Origin: Planctomycetales bacterium
Lineage (GTDB): Bacteria > Planctomycetota > Phycisphaerae > SM23-33
Direction of reading: 5' to 3'
Length of the DNA: 46,498 bases
Assembly (NCBI GenBank): GCA_030642005.1
Contig: DAOWOP010000001.1
Location: forward strand, 1 to 46,498
Numbering within the stretch: the first letter of the stretch is position 1; each line of letters begins with the position of its first letter. Shown piece after piece: positions 34,706 to 45,021 of this stretch. Both the position numbers and the translations under genes were made by a program. A model generated the notes under the pieces. It was not told the origin of the DNA and did no database searches. It worked only from the letters and a program-made list of their open reading frames with translations.

Positions 34706-35437
34706 CTATCGGTCGTGCAATTTCTCTCGCGTGTAGAGCGCTACCAGTCTGGCGACCAATATGGCCAGGTACAGCGGCCCGATGGTTGCTTCGAGCATCG
34801 CCAGCCCCCGCGCCAATGGCGAGATGGGGGTGATGTCGCCGTAGCCGAGCGTCGTCAGTGTGCAGAAACTCATGTATAGCAAGCCGCTTGCGATAGGTTG
34901 TCCCCTCTCGACACCGGCGGTAGTATTGAGACTGAACGCGCCGCTGTTGTATCTCATAATCAGCGAGTACATCACAAACCATGCTATCCCTATCAGCAGG
35001 TAGGCCGACACCGCCCGACATATCGTATTACCCGTAACACGCTCCGTTCGCATGACCGACAGAACCATCAGGCCCAGGATCAACAGGATAAAAGCGGTCA
35101 GCGAAACGTGCTTCACTACGTTCAGACTCTCAGGGAGTTGTATCATCGCCTCCAGCCACGCCAACACCAGCCACGCCAGCCCAGGCACGGAGGCGACGAT
35201 AAGCACTCGCCGATTGGAGTGAATCGCCCACGTCGCTGAAATCAACATCAGCGATAAGCCAATTGAGATCAGCATCTCGCCCCACAGTATGTACCCGGAG
35301 ACCGGATACAGCACCAGCAGCAGGAACAGACTGATCATCAGGAACACCGGCCGACCTTGGTGGCTCTCGTCAACAGGTAGTGATTTATCACCGGTCATAT
35401 TCATCTTTCCCAAAATCCTGCTCACATTTTGTTGCAA
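34706..35437 (-). CDS. Potassium channel (pore-loop, ion-transport-2 family)
   Basis: Selectivity filter TLTTLGYGDITP and several TM helices. Alternative starts at 35404 or 35398 are closer to a GGGAAAG RBS. Confidence 0.8.
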   Translation of the reverse strand: MQQNVSRILGKMNMTGDKSLPVDESHQGRPVFLMISLFLLLVLYPVSGYILWGEMLISIGLSLMLISATWAIHSNRRVLIVASVPGLAWLVLAWLEAMIQLPESLNVVKHVSLTAFILLILGLMVLSVMRTERVTGNTICRAVSAYLLIGIAWFVMYSLIMRYNSGAFSLNTTAGVERGQPIASGLLYMSFCTLTTLGYGDITPISPLARGLAMLEATIGPLYLAILVARLVALYTREKLHDR

Positions 35438-35442
35438 TAAAC

Positions 35443-38400
35443 TTAATCTAACGAAGTCCGGTTGTCCCTGTCCGATTGTTCGTCATTGTCTTTGGTAGGA
35501 ATCGGCACGAGCTTCACGCCTAGATACTCCACGGCAGCGGCGTAGATTGTCGGCAGTACCAGAAGTGTCAGGACCGTCGCTGCGGCCAGGCCGAAGATTA
35601 ACAGGTAGGCCATGCCTTCCCACATCGGTCCTCCGAAAAACGCCAGTGTAAGCAGTCCGCCGATCGTGGTGCTGGCGGTCAGGACAATCGGAAGCAGGCG
35701 GATTTTACCCGCTTCGGCAAGGCACTGGCGAAAAGTCTCGCGGTTCAAACCGTTGCAACTCTTCTCGCCGGGTTTTGCGAGACCTTCGCCGGCAAGGAGT
35801 TTCTGGCGGATTAAGGTGTCGGCGAACTCCACGTACAGAATTCCGGAGTTGACCACGATGCCGGCCAGAGATACCAATCCCAGCAAGGACATGAAACCGA
35901 GTGGATTTCCTGTAATCCATAGTCCGAAGAACGCGCCGATAGCACCCATCGGCACCGTCAGCAGGACCACGAACGGCTTGACGAAACTGTTGTACTGAAC
36001 GATAAGCAGCAATACGATAAGTACAGTGCCCCCCCCGAACACTGCTGCTATATCGTCCTGCGAGTCGTCGGTATCTTCCTGTTCGCCGCCGATTTCGTAG
36101 TAGTACCCCGGCGGCAGCGATGCTACGAGTTCGTTGATTTGAGGCATGGCATCAGCCAGGACATCGTTGGCCAGCAGGTCGCTCTCGACGCGCGCCCGAA
36201 CTTCAATCATCCGGTTTTTGTCGCGCCGTTCGATCTTCGTTGTTATTCGCCGGGACTTCGTCTCAGCGATACTATCAACGGGCAGTTTACCGGCAGCGCC
36301 CTGGACGAAAATTGTTCGGCTGTCGAGAATCCTGCCTCGCTCATCAGGTGGGAGCCGGAAATGCACCGGAACGGTATGGTCGCCCTCACGATATGTTGTA
36401 AGGAAGTGGCCTGAGTAGTAGGCGGTGAACGAGTCAGCCACCGAGACGTTGGTTACGCCAGCCAGGTTGGCCTTGTCGTTGTCGATGTCAACGTCGAACC
36501 GATATCCGATATCCCCCCAAACGTCGTGGACGTCCCATATACCGTCGATTGAGGCCAGTAGTTTCTTGAATTTCGCTGCCTGTCGGCGAAGTTCCGCATC
36601 GTCGGCAAAACCAGGATTGGTGGAACTGGTGCCGAATATCCGAATACCGATCGGGGCGTCCGTCGAGGGCCCGAGCACAAGTTTGCGGGGAATCACACGC
36701 GCCCCGGGCACAACCTTCTCCGCGGCAGCGCGAATGTCAGCGATATACTTATCCGTCAGCAACGGGTCGGTCGTCCGAACGATGATCTGAGCGAAGTTGG
36801 ACTGCTGCGGCTTCGGGTTCACCCCCAGAGCGAACCGAGGCCCGGAACCGCCGATGGAAGCATAGTAATTCCGGAGCCGTTCGACACTCTTCCCGTCGTG
36901 CTCAATCGGGGAGAGGTCCTGAAGAATCTGCTCTACCTGGCGCGAAGCCCGATTAGTCGTTTCGACAGATGTTCCCTCCGGCAACCAGATGTCAATGTAG
37001 AGTATGTCACGAATGTCGTCCGGGAAGAACTGCGACCCGACAGGCAACATTACCGCGCCGACGAGCAGACCTGCCACAATCAGCAGCACCAGCGGTTTGG
37101 CGGCAAGGCACCCTCGGACCAATGACGCGTATCTATCCAACATGGATGGACCAGAGGCCGTCTTTCTTCTCAGCAGGCGATTGAACAGATCGCCAATCCT
37201 GGCGAGAGGCGACTTGGATTCGGCCTGACCTTTCTTCGGAGGACGGAGAATCCAGTAGGCCATCAGTGATGTTATCGTCAGCGCCAGCACCAAACTTGTC
37301 AGTAGTGTGATTGATACGACAGCCGGAATGGAAAAAACATACTCCCCCCCCGCCCCTGTCAGGAAGAACGCCATTGGCAGAAAGGCGAACACGGTTGTCA
37401 GCGTCCCCATCAGGAGGGAACCCTGGACCTGTTCGACGCCCTTTGCAACGGATTCGAAGCGGCTGTAACCCTCGCGTTGAAGGCGACCTATGTTGTCGCT
37501 GACGACAACGGCATTATCGACCAGCATGCCCAGCGCGATAATCATACTGGCGATCGACATCTGCTCCAGGTCCACCCCGATCATCGCGAAGATGCCGATG
37601 GAGATTACCATTACAAACGGGATCGCAGCCGCCATAACGGTCGCCTGTCTCAAACCGGCCATAATCAGCGCAATGACGATTACGATCACTATCGCCTGGC
37701 CGACGTTGGTTGTGAACGAGGCAATCTTATCATTGACGAAGACCGCCTCGTCGAACACGACATCAACGGCGATATCAGGGGGGATGACTTTCCCGGTTTG
37801 CTGAAGGTCTTCGATAAGTTGGGTAACCTGTGGTCCGAGATCGGTAACCTTGTACCCGCTCTTTATTGTGAAGGAAACAACAACGCAGGGCATGTTGCCC
37901 TTGGTGTCTCCGAAGCGTGCACGGACGGGCGGCGGATCCTGGTAGCCGCGCCGAACGCGGATACCGAGGTCTTTGAGATAGATCGGGGCTCCTGATACGT
38001 CGCGGCTGATAACGATGGATTCAATTTGCGCGACGGCGTCGAACTCGCCGGTCGGCAGCACGCCGAAACGGGTGCGGTCCGTCTCGATACTTCCTCCGGT
38101 GGTGTAGATGTTGCGAGCCTGAAGCAGCGATTCGAGTTGCGACATCTTTATGTCAAGATTGGCCCAGTTTCCACGGCTGGTCTCCAGGTAGATAGCCTCC
38201 GGCTGGACGCCGCTGATTTCGACCTTGGCGACGGCTTCCAGCAGCGATATCTTCTCATAGATAACGTCGGCAATAATCTCCAGGTCGCGCATTGAGTATC
38301 GCGGTGTTTTGGCACCCGGCTTCTCGTGAATAGCCAGCAGCATGATCGACGTATCGCCGAAATCATCATTGACCACCGGAACCCCAGCGCCTGCTGGAAG

Positions 38401-38763
38401 GATGGGGCGGACCTTATCGACCTTGGCCCGGACTTTCTCCCACGTCTCCTGAATCTTATCGACGTCAAGCGTGTCCAGCAGTTCCACGTAGATGACGGAC
38501 TGTCCGGTCCACGTTGTGGAGCTGACGTAGTCCACTTCGTCGAGAGAACTGATGGCCTTTTCGAGCGGGAAGGTTACGAGTTGCTCGACGCGTTCGACCT
38601 CGACGCCAGGCCATTGTGTTTGGACTATCGCGGTACGGACTGTAAATTCCGGGTCGGCGCGACGCGGCATGGTTAGATATTTGACAACGCCGACAGTCAT
38701 CGCGACGATAATGGCCGCGAGTATGACAGAGCGATGCGTTAACGTAAAGCGGGGTAGCGACAT
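35443..38763 (-). CDS. RND-family efflux transporter, inner-membrane permease (AcrB-like)
   Basis: 1106 aa, with two large periplasmic loops and twelve TM segments by eye. It has a typical AcrB/HAE N-terminus (FTLTHRSVILAAIIVAMTVGVVKYLTMPRRADPEF) and is preceded by the adaptor gene. Confidence 0.92.
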   Translation of the reverse strand: MSLPRFTLTHRSVILAAIIVAMTVGVVKYLTMPRRADPEFTVRTAIVQTQWPGVEVERVEQLVTFPLEKAISSLDEVDYVSSTTWTGQSVIYVELLDTLDVDKIQETWEKVRAKVDKVRPILPAGAGVPVVNDDFGDTSIMLLAIHEKPGAKTPRYSMRDLEIIADVIYEKISLLEAVAKVEISGVQPEAIYLETSRGNWANLDIKMSQLESLLQARNIYTTGGSIETDRTRFGVLPTGEFDAVAQIESIVISRDVSGAPIYLKDLGIRVRRGYQDPPPVRARFGDTKGNMPCVVVSFTIKSGYKVTDLGPQVTQLIEDLQQTGKVIPPDIAVDVVFDEAVFVNDKIASFTTNVGQAIVIVIVIALIMAGLRQATVMAAAIPFVMVISIGIFAMIGVDLEQMSIASMIIALGMLVDNAVVVSDNIGRLQREGYSRFESVAKGVEQVQGSLLMGTLTTVFAFLPMAFFLTGAGGEYVFSIPAVVSITLLTSLVLALTITSLMAYWILRPPKKGQAESKSPLARIGDLFNRLLRRKTASGPSMLDRYASLVRGCLAAKPLVLLIVAGLLVGAVMLPVGSQFFPDDIRDILYIDIWLPEGTSVETTNRASRQVEQILQDLSPIEHDGKSVERLRNYYASIGGSGPRFALGVNPKPQQSNFAQIIVRTTDPLLTDKYIADIRAAAEKVVPGARVIPRKLVLGPSTDAPIGIRIFGTSSTNPGFADDAELRRQAAKFKKLLASIDGIWDVHDVWGDIGYRFDVDIDNDKANLAGVTNVSVADSFTAYYSGHFLTTYREGDHTVPVHFRLPPDERGRILDSRTIFVQGAAGKLPVDSIAETKSRRITTKIERRDKNRMIEVRARVESDLLANDVLADAMPQINELVASLPPGYYYEIGGEQEDTDDSQDDIAAVFGGGTVLIVLLLIVQYNSFVKPFVVLLTVPMGAIGAFFGLWITGNPLGFMSLLGLVSLAGIVVNSGILYVEFADTLIRQKLLAGEGLAKPGEKSCNGLNRETFRQCLAEAGKIRLLPIVLTASTTIGGLLTLAFFGGPMWEGMAYLLIFGLAAATVLTLLVLPTIYAAAVEYLGVKLVPIPTKDNDEQSDRDNRTSLD

Positions 38764-38766
38764 GGT

Positions 38767-40398
38767 TTATTCCCCCTTCTTTGAGACGATGCTTACCAAT
38801 TCGCCGTCTTTCAGGTAGTTCACGCCTTCGACAATAACGGTCATACCGTCGGTCAATTGGTCGTTGTCGATACGCTGCAATTCGCCTACCGTTTCGTGGA
38901 GCGTAACGGTGAGCTTTTTCGCCTTCATCTTATCGCCGGCACCGTCGGTAACGAAAAGGTAGCCGCTGCGTTCGCCCGTCGGCATAATGGCTTCCATGGG
39001 GACATAGAATCCGCTGCGCCGCTCATCACGTTTGAATTGCACGCGGACGATGGCGTCCGGGTGAAGCACCCAATCCTCGAGAACCCAGGCGACACGGTTG
39101 CCGTCTTTGAGACCTTCGGGAGGTTCGGCGGCAATGGTCTGGCGGAACTTAAGTCCGCCGGCGTCCTTCAATTTTCGAAGGACATAGATACCCTGCAAGT
39201 TCACGCGGTGTTCACCTGGAACGACCCGAACCTTGCGAACCGTGACAACGGGATCGGACGGATCGACCCGATCCGTGACCGACAGGCCTTCAGTGGCCCA
39301 GACGAAATAGCCTTCAGCGTCCTTTCTCATGCACTGCTTTTCATCTACATAGAGGCTTTTGCTGTCGTTGGGGTCAACGCGCATAACCGACATAATGCCG
39401 GCGATTCGCGGTAGTTTCAGGACGGCCTGATCCTTCGGCGGATTAATCGCAGCGCGATAATTTCGCATTATGAGTGTAACCTTGAATGTGCGCGTATGCG
39501 GATCGGCTACTGTGGCTTTCTGGTACACCCTTCCCTGATGCGGCTCTTTCCGGTTCGGAATATACACATCTACCTGGTCGCCGACGGCTATTGTGCTGTT
39601 GGTGTGACCGGAGACGATTACGTTCACCTTTACGGGGTCCATCGTTACGATATGTCCGACCGACTTTCCGGCCTGGACGTACCCGCCGACGCGAACGCTG
39701 ACCGCCGATACCTGGCAGTTAAACGGCGCCATGAGCGTGGTGTACTGCAAGTCCAGTTCGGCCTGTTTCAGGGTCGCTTTCGCGCGTGTCAGGGACGTTT
39801 TGCCGGCCAGGATGGCGGCTTCTGCTTGATCGACCCTGGCCTTGGAAATGTCCCGCTTCGCCCGCGACAAGGCAACTTCGATAACCGTTGCGACATTCTT
39901 GGAACGCGCCTCGGTCATCTGCTTAAAGTCGAACTCCGCATAGTCCAGGCTGGCTTTAGCCCCCGCCAATTCGGCGGGGAGGATGCTGTCAAGGTTCACT
40001 TTGGCGTGCTTAACCTCCGCTTCGGCCACCTGCAGTGCGGCGATATAGGTCGCCTGGTCAATCGTAGCCATGACGTCGCCTTTATTGATCACCTTGCCGT
40101 CTTCGACCCATCGACCTTTCAGCAGAGTCCCTTCCTCAACGATATAGTCCACACGCCCGGGAACCTCGAATGCTATGTCCTGTTCGGACCATGCCTCTAC
40201 GACCCCGGTCAGTTGTAACTTATGCGATGGATTGACCGCCTGCAGTTTCACGACTTTGACAGGCCTGGGAGTAGGCGGCTTCGGAGGCGGCTTCTTGCTG
40301 CAACTCGGAAAGACAATCGTGCATGATGCAAAGATTAAGATGCCGATCAATCTCGAAAGAATACGTCCTCTGGCCATAAAGCCCCACCTGCCTTTCAT
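38767..40398 (-). CDS. RND efflux periplasmic adaptor (membrane fusion protein) with a long C-terminal extension
   Basis: Lipobox-like FASCT, a biotinyl/lipoyl-like hairpin, a coiled-coil (AEAEVKHAKVNL...LKQAELDLQYTTLMAPF) and a beta-barrel region. At 543 aa it is longer than typical MFPs. It ends 3 nt before the RND gene. Confidence 0.85.
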   Translation of the reverse strand: MKGRWGFMARGRILSRLIGILIFASCTIVFPSCSKKPPPKPPTPRPVKVVKLQAVNPSHKLQLTGVVEAWSEQDIAFEVPGRVDYIVEEGTLLKGRWVEDGKVINKGDVMATIDQATYIAALQVAEAEVKHAKVNLDSILPAELAGAKASLDYAEFDFKQMTEARSKNVATVIEVALSRAKRDISKARVDQAEAAILAGKTSLTRAKATLKQAELDLQYTTLMAPFNCQVSAVSVRVGGYVQAGKSVGHIVTMDPVKVNVIVSGHTNSTIAVGDQVDVYIPNRKEPHQGRVYQKATVADPHTRTFKVTLIMRNYRAAINPPKDQAVLKLPRIAGIMSVMRVDPNDSKSLYVDEKQCMRKDAEGYFVWATEGLSVTDRVDPSDPVVTVRKVRVVPGEHRVNLQGIYVLRKLKDAGGLKFRQTIAAEPPEGLKDGNRVAWVLEDWVLHPDAIVRVQFKRDERRSGFYVPMEAIMPTGERSGYLFVTDGAGDKMKAKKLTVTLHETVGELQRIDNDQLTDGMTVIVEGVNYLKDGELVSIVSKKGE

Positions 40399-41249
40399 TC
40401 ATAAGTAGTAAATTTTGCTATCCCCGGCAGTCAGATTGTCCCCATGCGCGGGACAGATTCCGGGTTTGAATAAGGTGGAACCGTCTGCGTGGGTAACGTT
40501 CCCGTTGCTGTTGTGGAGGTGAAGCGTAGCCGGGGCAACAGCAGCATTCGCGGCTACGGACCACCCGCCGCATCTTTCTGTATCCTCGTTATTGTCCCCT
40601 TTCCCAAGTTGACTTACCTGTTAACTTACCCAAGACCTTCGCCGAAGGTCAATTACAAAGTGCGGATAAATCTTTTGCCGCAGGGTTCCGCTCACCGGGC
40701 ACTACCGGTCCAAACGTCGTCATATAACAACCCCTCTGTCATGATAGTCTCTAACCGATAAAAAATCGCGGCCTGATACGGGCATAATATAGTTGACCGG
40801 TAGTACCTGAAACTATAAAGAAGATGCTTAACAATAAGGGATGATGACAAGTACCGCCTTAAGGTCTCGCGAGACAAGAACAGCGCCGATGCACGCGCGA
40901 AGTTACTCGATAATGGGAATACCGAACTGACGGTAACGGCCAGCGCCGGGGAGAAAGACAAGGATCACGAGAACCTTGCACTCGAAGTTGTGAAAATCGT
41001 TTGCGATGAGTTGGGAGTACAGTACAAAATTGTCGAGAAGAAGAAGTTGTTCTCGTCAAAGTGAACGCTTGCAACACACGCTGGGCAATTCGGACCGGGT
41101 ATCTTTTCGCTCACAACAAGACTGATAGTGGTGATAATGCTTGTGCTTTTGATTGTTCCTTAGCCGCTACCGTCAATCTTTGCCTTGGAGCCAATACGGC
41201 AGCCGGGTCGATACTAGAGTAACAGGCATAACGAATCAGGAGAACAGTA

Positions 41250-42755
41250 ATGAGACATCTGTCAGTTCTAACAGTGTTTGGTTTGGTTTTGGCAGTGGCC
41301 GTCCCCACACAGACGCTTTGGGCCGAAACGAGCGAGAATCCGTCGGCAGACGGCACGTCCGCCAACTGGCTCGCTCTGGGTCTGGAAATTGCAGCCGCTG
41401 AGTCCCGGATGGCGCATGGCGGCGTTCGTCAGTACCAGGGCGGCACGGCGGATACCGACAAGGCCGCTGATACGCCGGAAGAGGGGAGTTTCGTGCCGTT
41501 CGTCGATTACAGCGGCGGTCTGTGGGCTCGGCCGGCCCTGACCGGTGACTGGGGCGGTCTGCGCACCGACCTCATTAACAAAGGCGTCAGGTTCAACATC
41601 GACCTGACCCAGATGTATCAGGGTGTCGTGGACGGTGGAACCAAGCGCCACTGGAAATACGGCGGACTGCTGGACATGGTGCTCGACATCGATACCGGCA
41701 AGGCGGGCCTCTGGCAAGGCGGCTTCCTGCACATGCGTGCTGTAACGCAGTATGGCGAGTCTATCAACATGGATACCGGGGCGATGCTCGCCGCGAACCT
41801 CAACGCGGCGATCCCGCTGCCGGACCAACATGAGATTAACCTCACGGCCGTCGTGTACACACAGTTTCTCGCCGAGTGGTTCGGCGTCTTTGTCGGTAAA
41901 ATCGACACACTCGACGGCGACGGCAATCACTTTGCCGGCGCGAGAGGCAAGGATCAGTTCACCAACATAAGCCTTGTGGTCAACCCCGCCATGCTCCGAA
42001 CGGTTCCTGCCTCGGCGCTGGGGGGCGGGTGTATCTTCCTCCTGCCGAATCTGTGGGGCAACGACAAGGACCCAGGCTCGCTGGCGTTCACAGTTCTGGA
42101 CGCCGGAGGCCAGCCCAACACGAGCGGTTTTGGCGACGCCTTCGATGACGGTACGGTGCTAACCTGGGAACTGCGCACGCCGACGGAGTTCTTCGGCCTG
42201 CCGGGAAGCCAAGTCTTCGGCGCAGTGTACAGCACGAGGGACTTCGTCTCCCTGGAACAGAACCCCCGACTTATCCTGGCCGGGCTGCTCGGGCTTATCC
42301 CCCTCCAGATTAACCAGGAGAACGACTCCTATGCCTTCTACTACAACTTTCACCAGTATTTGTGGGTAAAGCCGGACCAGAAGCGAGAAAGCACGGGCAC
42401 CCAGCCGCAGACGAAACTGTTGCAGGGCATCGGCGTTTTCGGACGATTCGGCTGTGCCGATCCTAAGACCAGCCCGATTAAGAACTTTTACAGCATCGGT
42501 CTGGCAGGCAGAGGCCTGGTCCCGGGGCGCGAGAACGACACGCTAGGCGCGGGCTTCTTCTATCTTACTCTCAGTAACGAACTCGGGCCCATCATCCAAA
42601 ATCGATTTGGAGACGCCGGCGGCGTTGAGGTCTTCTACAACATAGAGGTTACACCCTGGCTGCACATCACGCCGGACATTCAGGTAATCAACCCCAGTAA
42701 CGAAAATGTGGATACCGCCGTCGTTATGGGCGTCAGGGCGAAGATAGATTTCTGA
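41250..42755 (+). CDS. Carbohydrate-selective porin, OprB family
   Basis: Signal peptide MRHLSVLTVFGLVLAVAVPTQTLWA, the LTGDWGGLR motif typical of OprB-family porins, and a beta-strand-rich sequence ending in aromatic ...KIDF. Confidence 0.75.
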   Translation: MRHLSVLTVFGLVLAVAVPTQTLWAETSENPSADGTSANWLALGLEIAAAESRMAHGGVRQYQGGTADTDKAADTPEEGSFVPFVDYSGGLWARPALTGDWGGLRTDLINKGVRFNIDLTQMYQGVVDGGTKRHWKYGGLLDMVLDIDTGKAGLWQGGFLHMRAVTQYGESINMDTGAMLAANLNAAIPLPDQHEINLTAVVYTQFLAEWFGVFVGKIDTLDGDGNHFAGARGKDQFTNISLVVNPAMLRTVPASALGGGCIFLLPNLWGNDKDPGSLAFTVLDAGGQPNTSGFGDAFDDGTVLTWELRTPTEFFGLPGSQVFGAVYSTRDFVSLEQNPRLILAGLLGLIPLQINQENDSYAFYYNFHQYLWVKPDQKRESTGTQPQTKLLQGIGVFGRFGCADPKTSPIKNFYSIGLAGRGLVPGRENDTLGAGFFYLTLSNELGPIIQNRFGDAGGVEVFYNIEVTPWLHITPDIQVINPSNENVDTAVVMGVRAKIDF

Positions 42756-42967
42756 GAAGGTGATTTCGTCGGCGCCGAGCAGGATAATTTAAAAGGTCCT
42801 GTAACTAAAAAATGAGCATCGAGGCCGTTGACGGCGACCGCGCCGAAGACTCACCTATTGACGTATTCCTCATACCGATTGACTAATGGAACGGTTCACG
42901 AACGACCGATTCATATGTCTATGGGACAAAATGGATTGTTTCTGTACCGCGCCACGGAGGTCGCGTC

Positions 42968-44047
42968 ATGAGCAGGAACCGGGCAACCTGTCAGAAAACC
43001 GCGAGTTTGTGTCAAGTCGTCCTGGTAAGCGCCTTGTTCTGCGGGACCGGCTGCGCGAGTATGGGTCCGGGGACCATTGCGCCCGACCGGATCGATTACA
43101 ACAACGCGGTTGCCGAGTCGTGGAAGCAGCAGGTTTTGCTGAATATCGTACGACTCCGGTACGGCGACGCACCCGTGTTTATCGAAGTCGCCCAGATCAT
43201 CGGCGGGTACACCATGGAGCAGAGGGGCGCCGTTGGCTGGAACTTCGACCAGCAAAGCAACTATAACTGGCTCAACTCGTTATCCGTCAACGGCGAAGCG
43301 AAGTTCACAGATCGGCCGACGATCACCTACACTCCGCTCACGGGCTCCAAATTCATCCGGAACATGATGACGCCCATTCCCCCGGAAGTCATCCTGTTCA
43401 TGATCCAGTCCGGCTGGCCCGCTGATGCAATAATGCAGTACACGGTGCAGACTATCAACGGTCTTCGGAACCGGCGTGGCGGGCAGGACAAACGCATGGC
43501 GGGCGACCCGGACTTCTTCAAGTTGGTCTCGTTGTTCCGCGATGCACAGGCCAGCGGTGCGATAGGTATGCAGGTGGAGAAGCCCGAGAAAGGTCCGAGC
43601 GTTGTTAACATGATCTTACGCGACCAACAAGTCGATCCTGAGATGGTCGAGAAGATACGACAAATCCGAAAGATGCTCGCCCTTCAAGCCGGTGCACGGA
43701 AGTTCCGAGTTACGTACGGGGGCATCGCGCGAGACGATCTCAACATCTCTCTTCAGACGCGATCTCTGTTCCATATCCTGATCGTCCTTGCCTCCCACGT
43801 GGAGGTGCCTGCGAAGCATATTGAAGACGGGCAGGTCAATGAGTCGCTACCCCTCGCCCCGGGGTCCAGGCCGCTGATCCAAGTTCGCAGTGGTTCGTGT
43901 AAGCCCGGCAACACTTTCGCGGCAGTGCGGTACGGCGGGTACTGGTACTGGATAGACCGGCGCGACCAACTGTCCAAGAAGGCGCTCGCGTTCATGATTA
44001 TGCTGGTTGCGATCGCTGAGAGGGAGAAGAACAAGGTGTGCCGGTAA
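42968..44047 (+). CDS. Hypothetical lipoprotein
   Basis: Lipobox LFCGTGC after a basic N-terminus. 359 aa. I recognise no motif. Confidence 0.55.
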   Translation: MSRNRATCQKTASLCQVVLVSALFCGTGCASMGPGTIAPDRIDYNNAVAESWKQQVLLNIVRLRYGDAPVFIEVAQIIGGYTMEQRGAVGWNFDQQSNYNWLNSLSVNGEAKFTDRPTITYTPLTGSKFIRNMMTPIPPEVILFMIQSGWPADAIMQYTVQTINGLRNRRGGQDKRMAGDPDFFKLVSLFRDAQASGAIGMQVEKPEKGPSVVNMILRDQQVDPEMVEKIRQIRKMLALQAGARKFRVTYGGIARDDLNISLQTRSLFHILIVLASHVEVPAKHIEDGQVNESLPLAPGSRPLIQVRSGSCKPGNTFAAVRYGGYWYWIDRRDQLSKKALAFMIMLVAIAEREKNKVCR

Positions 44048-44202
44048 TGACGATCTCGGCAGGGTAATACCGCTTGGGATCAATTAGTGCGCTCGCGCGT
44101 AACCGGCCATTCACCTTTGTGGTGTCCGGAATTCGCCCAATTTATCTGCCGGGCTTCCACCCCAAAGCGCATCAATTAATCCCTCACGGGATAAGACCGG
44201 CG

Positions 44203-44922
44203 TTATCGGCCTTTTGCCTCGTCCAGTACCTTGACGATCTCCTTACTTAAGTTCTCGGTGAGTTTCAGCACGTGCCTGCGGGTATATCCGTCGAAAATCG
44301 CCTTCCCGGCGACGCGCATCACCATGGAGGTAGGCAGGAGTGGTATGCCCGGCAGGCTATCGGCAGCCGTGACCGTCGCATTGCCCAGGGGCTTTTGGTT
44401 GTTCACGTCATAGGCCCAGATCTGGCAGTGGAGTTCGGCCGACCGGCCCGTTACCGTCTGGTCAACGGTACTGGGAAAGTCCAGTTTGGTAATCAGCACT
44501 TGCAGCCGCAATGGCTTGACGCCCCTGGGTTTATCGAGGGAAGATGCCATTTTTTCCCTTTTCTCGGCAATTTTTTTTCTGAAATCCTCAACAGTCATCG
44601 CTGACTTAAACTCTTCGCCGTTGAGCGTTCCGGGCGTGGTGGCATATTCCTCTACGTATTGCGCGAATTCATCGAAATTGAAGCCCGTTCCCAACTTCCA
44701 TTTATCGCCGGCCAGCAGTTCGATCTGCAACATGCCCTTCATAAGCGGCCCCAACTCCTTCTTTGAAACCTCTGGATCAATACGGACCTCTTCAACGATG
44801 ACGCTGTCGTATGCTTTCAGGCTTACAGCGTTGCCGTCCGGGTCCATCAATCCGCCACACCCCGCGGCAAAGGCCAACGACCCGCACATCAGTACGCCGA
44901 GCAGAATTTGTTTTCTCGTCAT
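44203..44922 (-). CDS. Hypothetical lipoprotein
   Basis: MTRKQILLGVLMCGSLAFAAGCGG lipoprotein signal. 239 aa. Confidence 0.6.
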   Translation of the reverse strand: MTRKQILLGVLMCGSLAFAAGCGGLMDPDGNAVSLKAYDSVIVEEVRIDPEVSKKELGPLMKGMLQIELLAGDKWKLGTGFNFDEFAQYVEEYATTPGTLNGEEFKSAMTVEDFRKKIAEKREKMASSLDKPRGVKPLRLQVLITKLDFPSTVDQTVTGRSAELHCQIWAYDVNNQKPLGNATVTAADSLPGIPLLPTSMVMRVAGKAIFDGYTRRHVLKLTENLSKEIVKVLDEAKGR

Positions 44923-45021
44923 CTTTCTTTCCTTTCCTTCGTTAGTTATCGGGATTTCCCGGATGACCTTGCACGGCTACGCCGCAGCGCAGTTCGGTTT
45001 CAGAGTCTCTGATTAAATCGC

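Noticed and set aside
41268-41930. 220-aa minus-strand ORF
   Set aside because: It is antisense to the OprB-family porin gene, which has a clear signal peptide and family motif.
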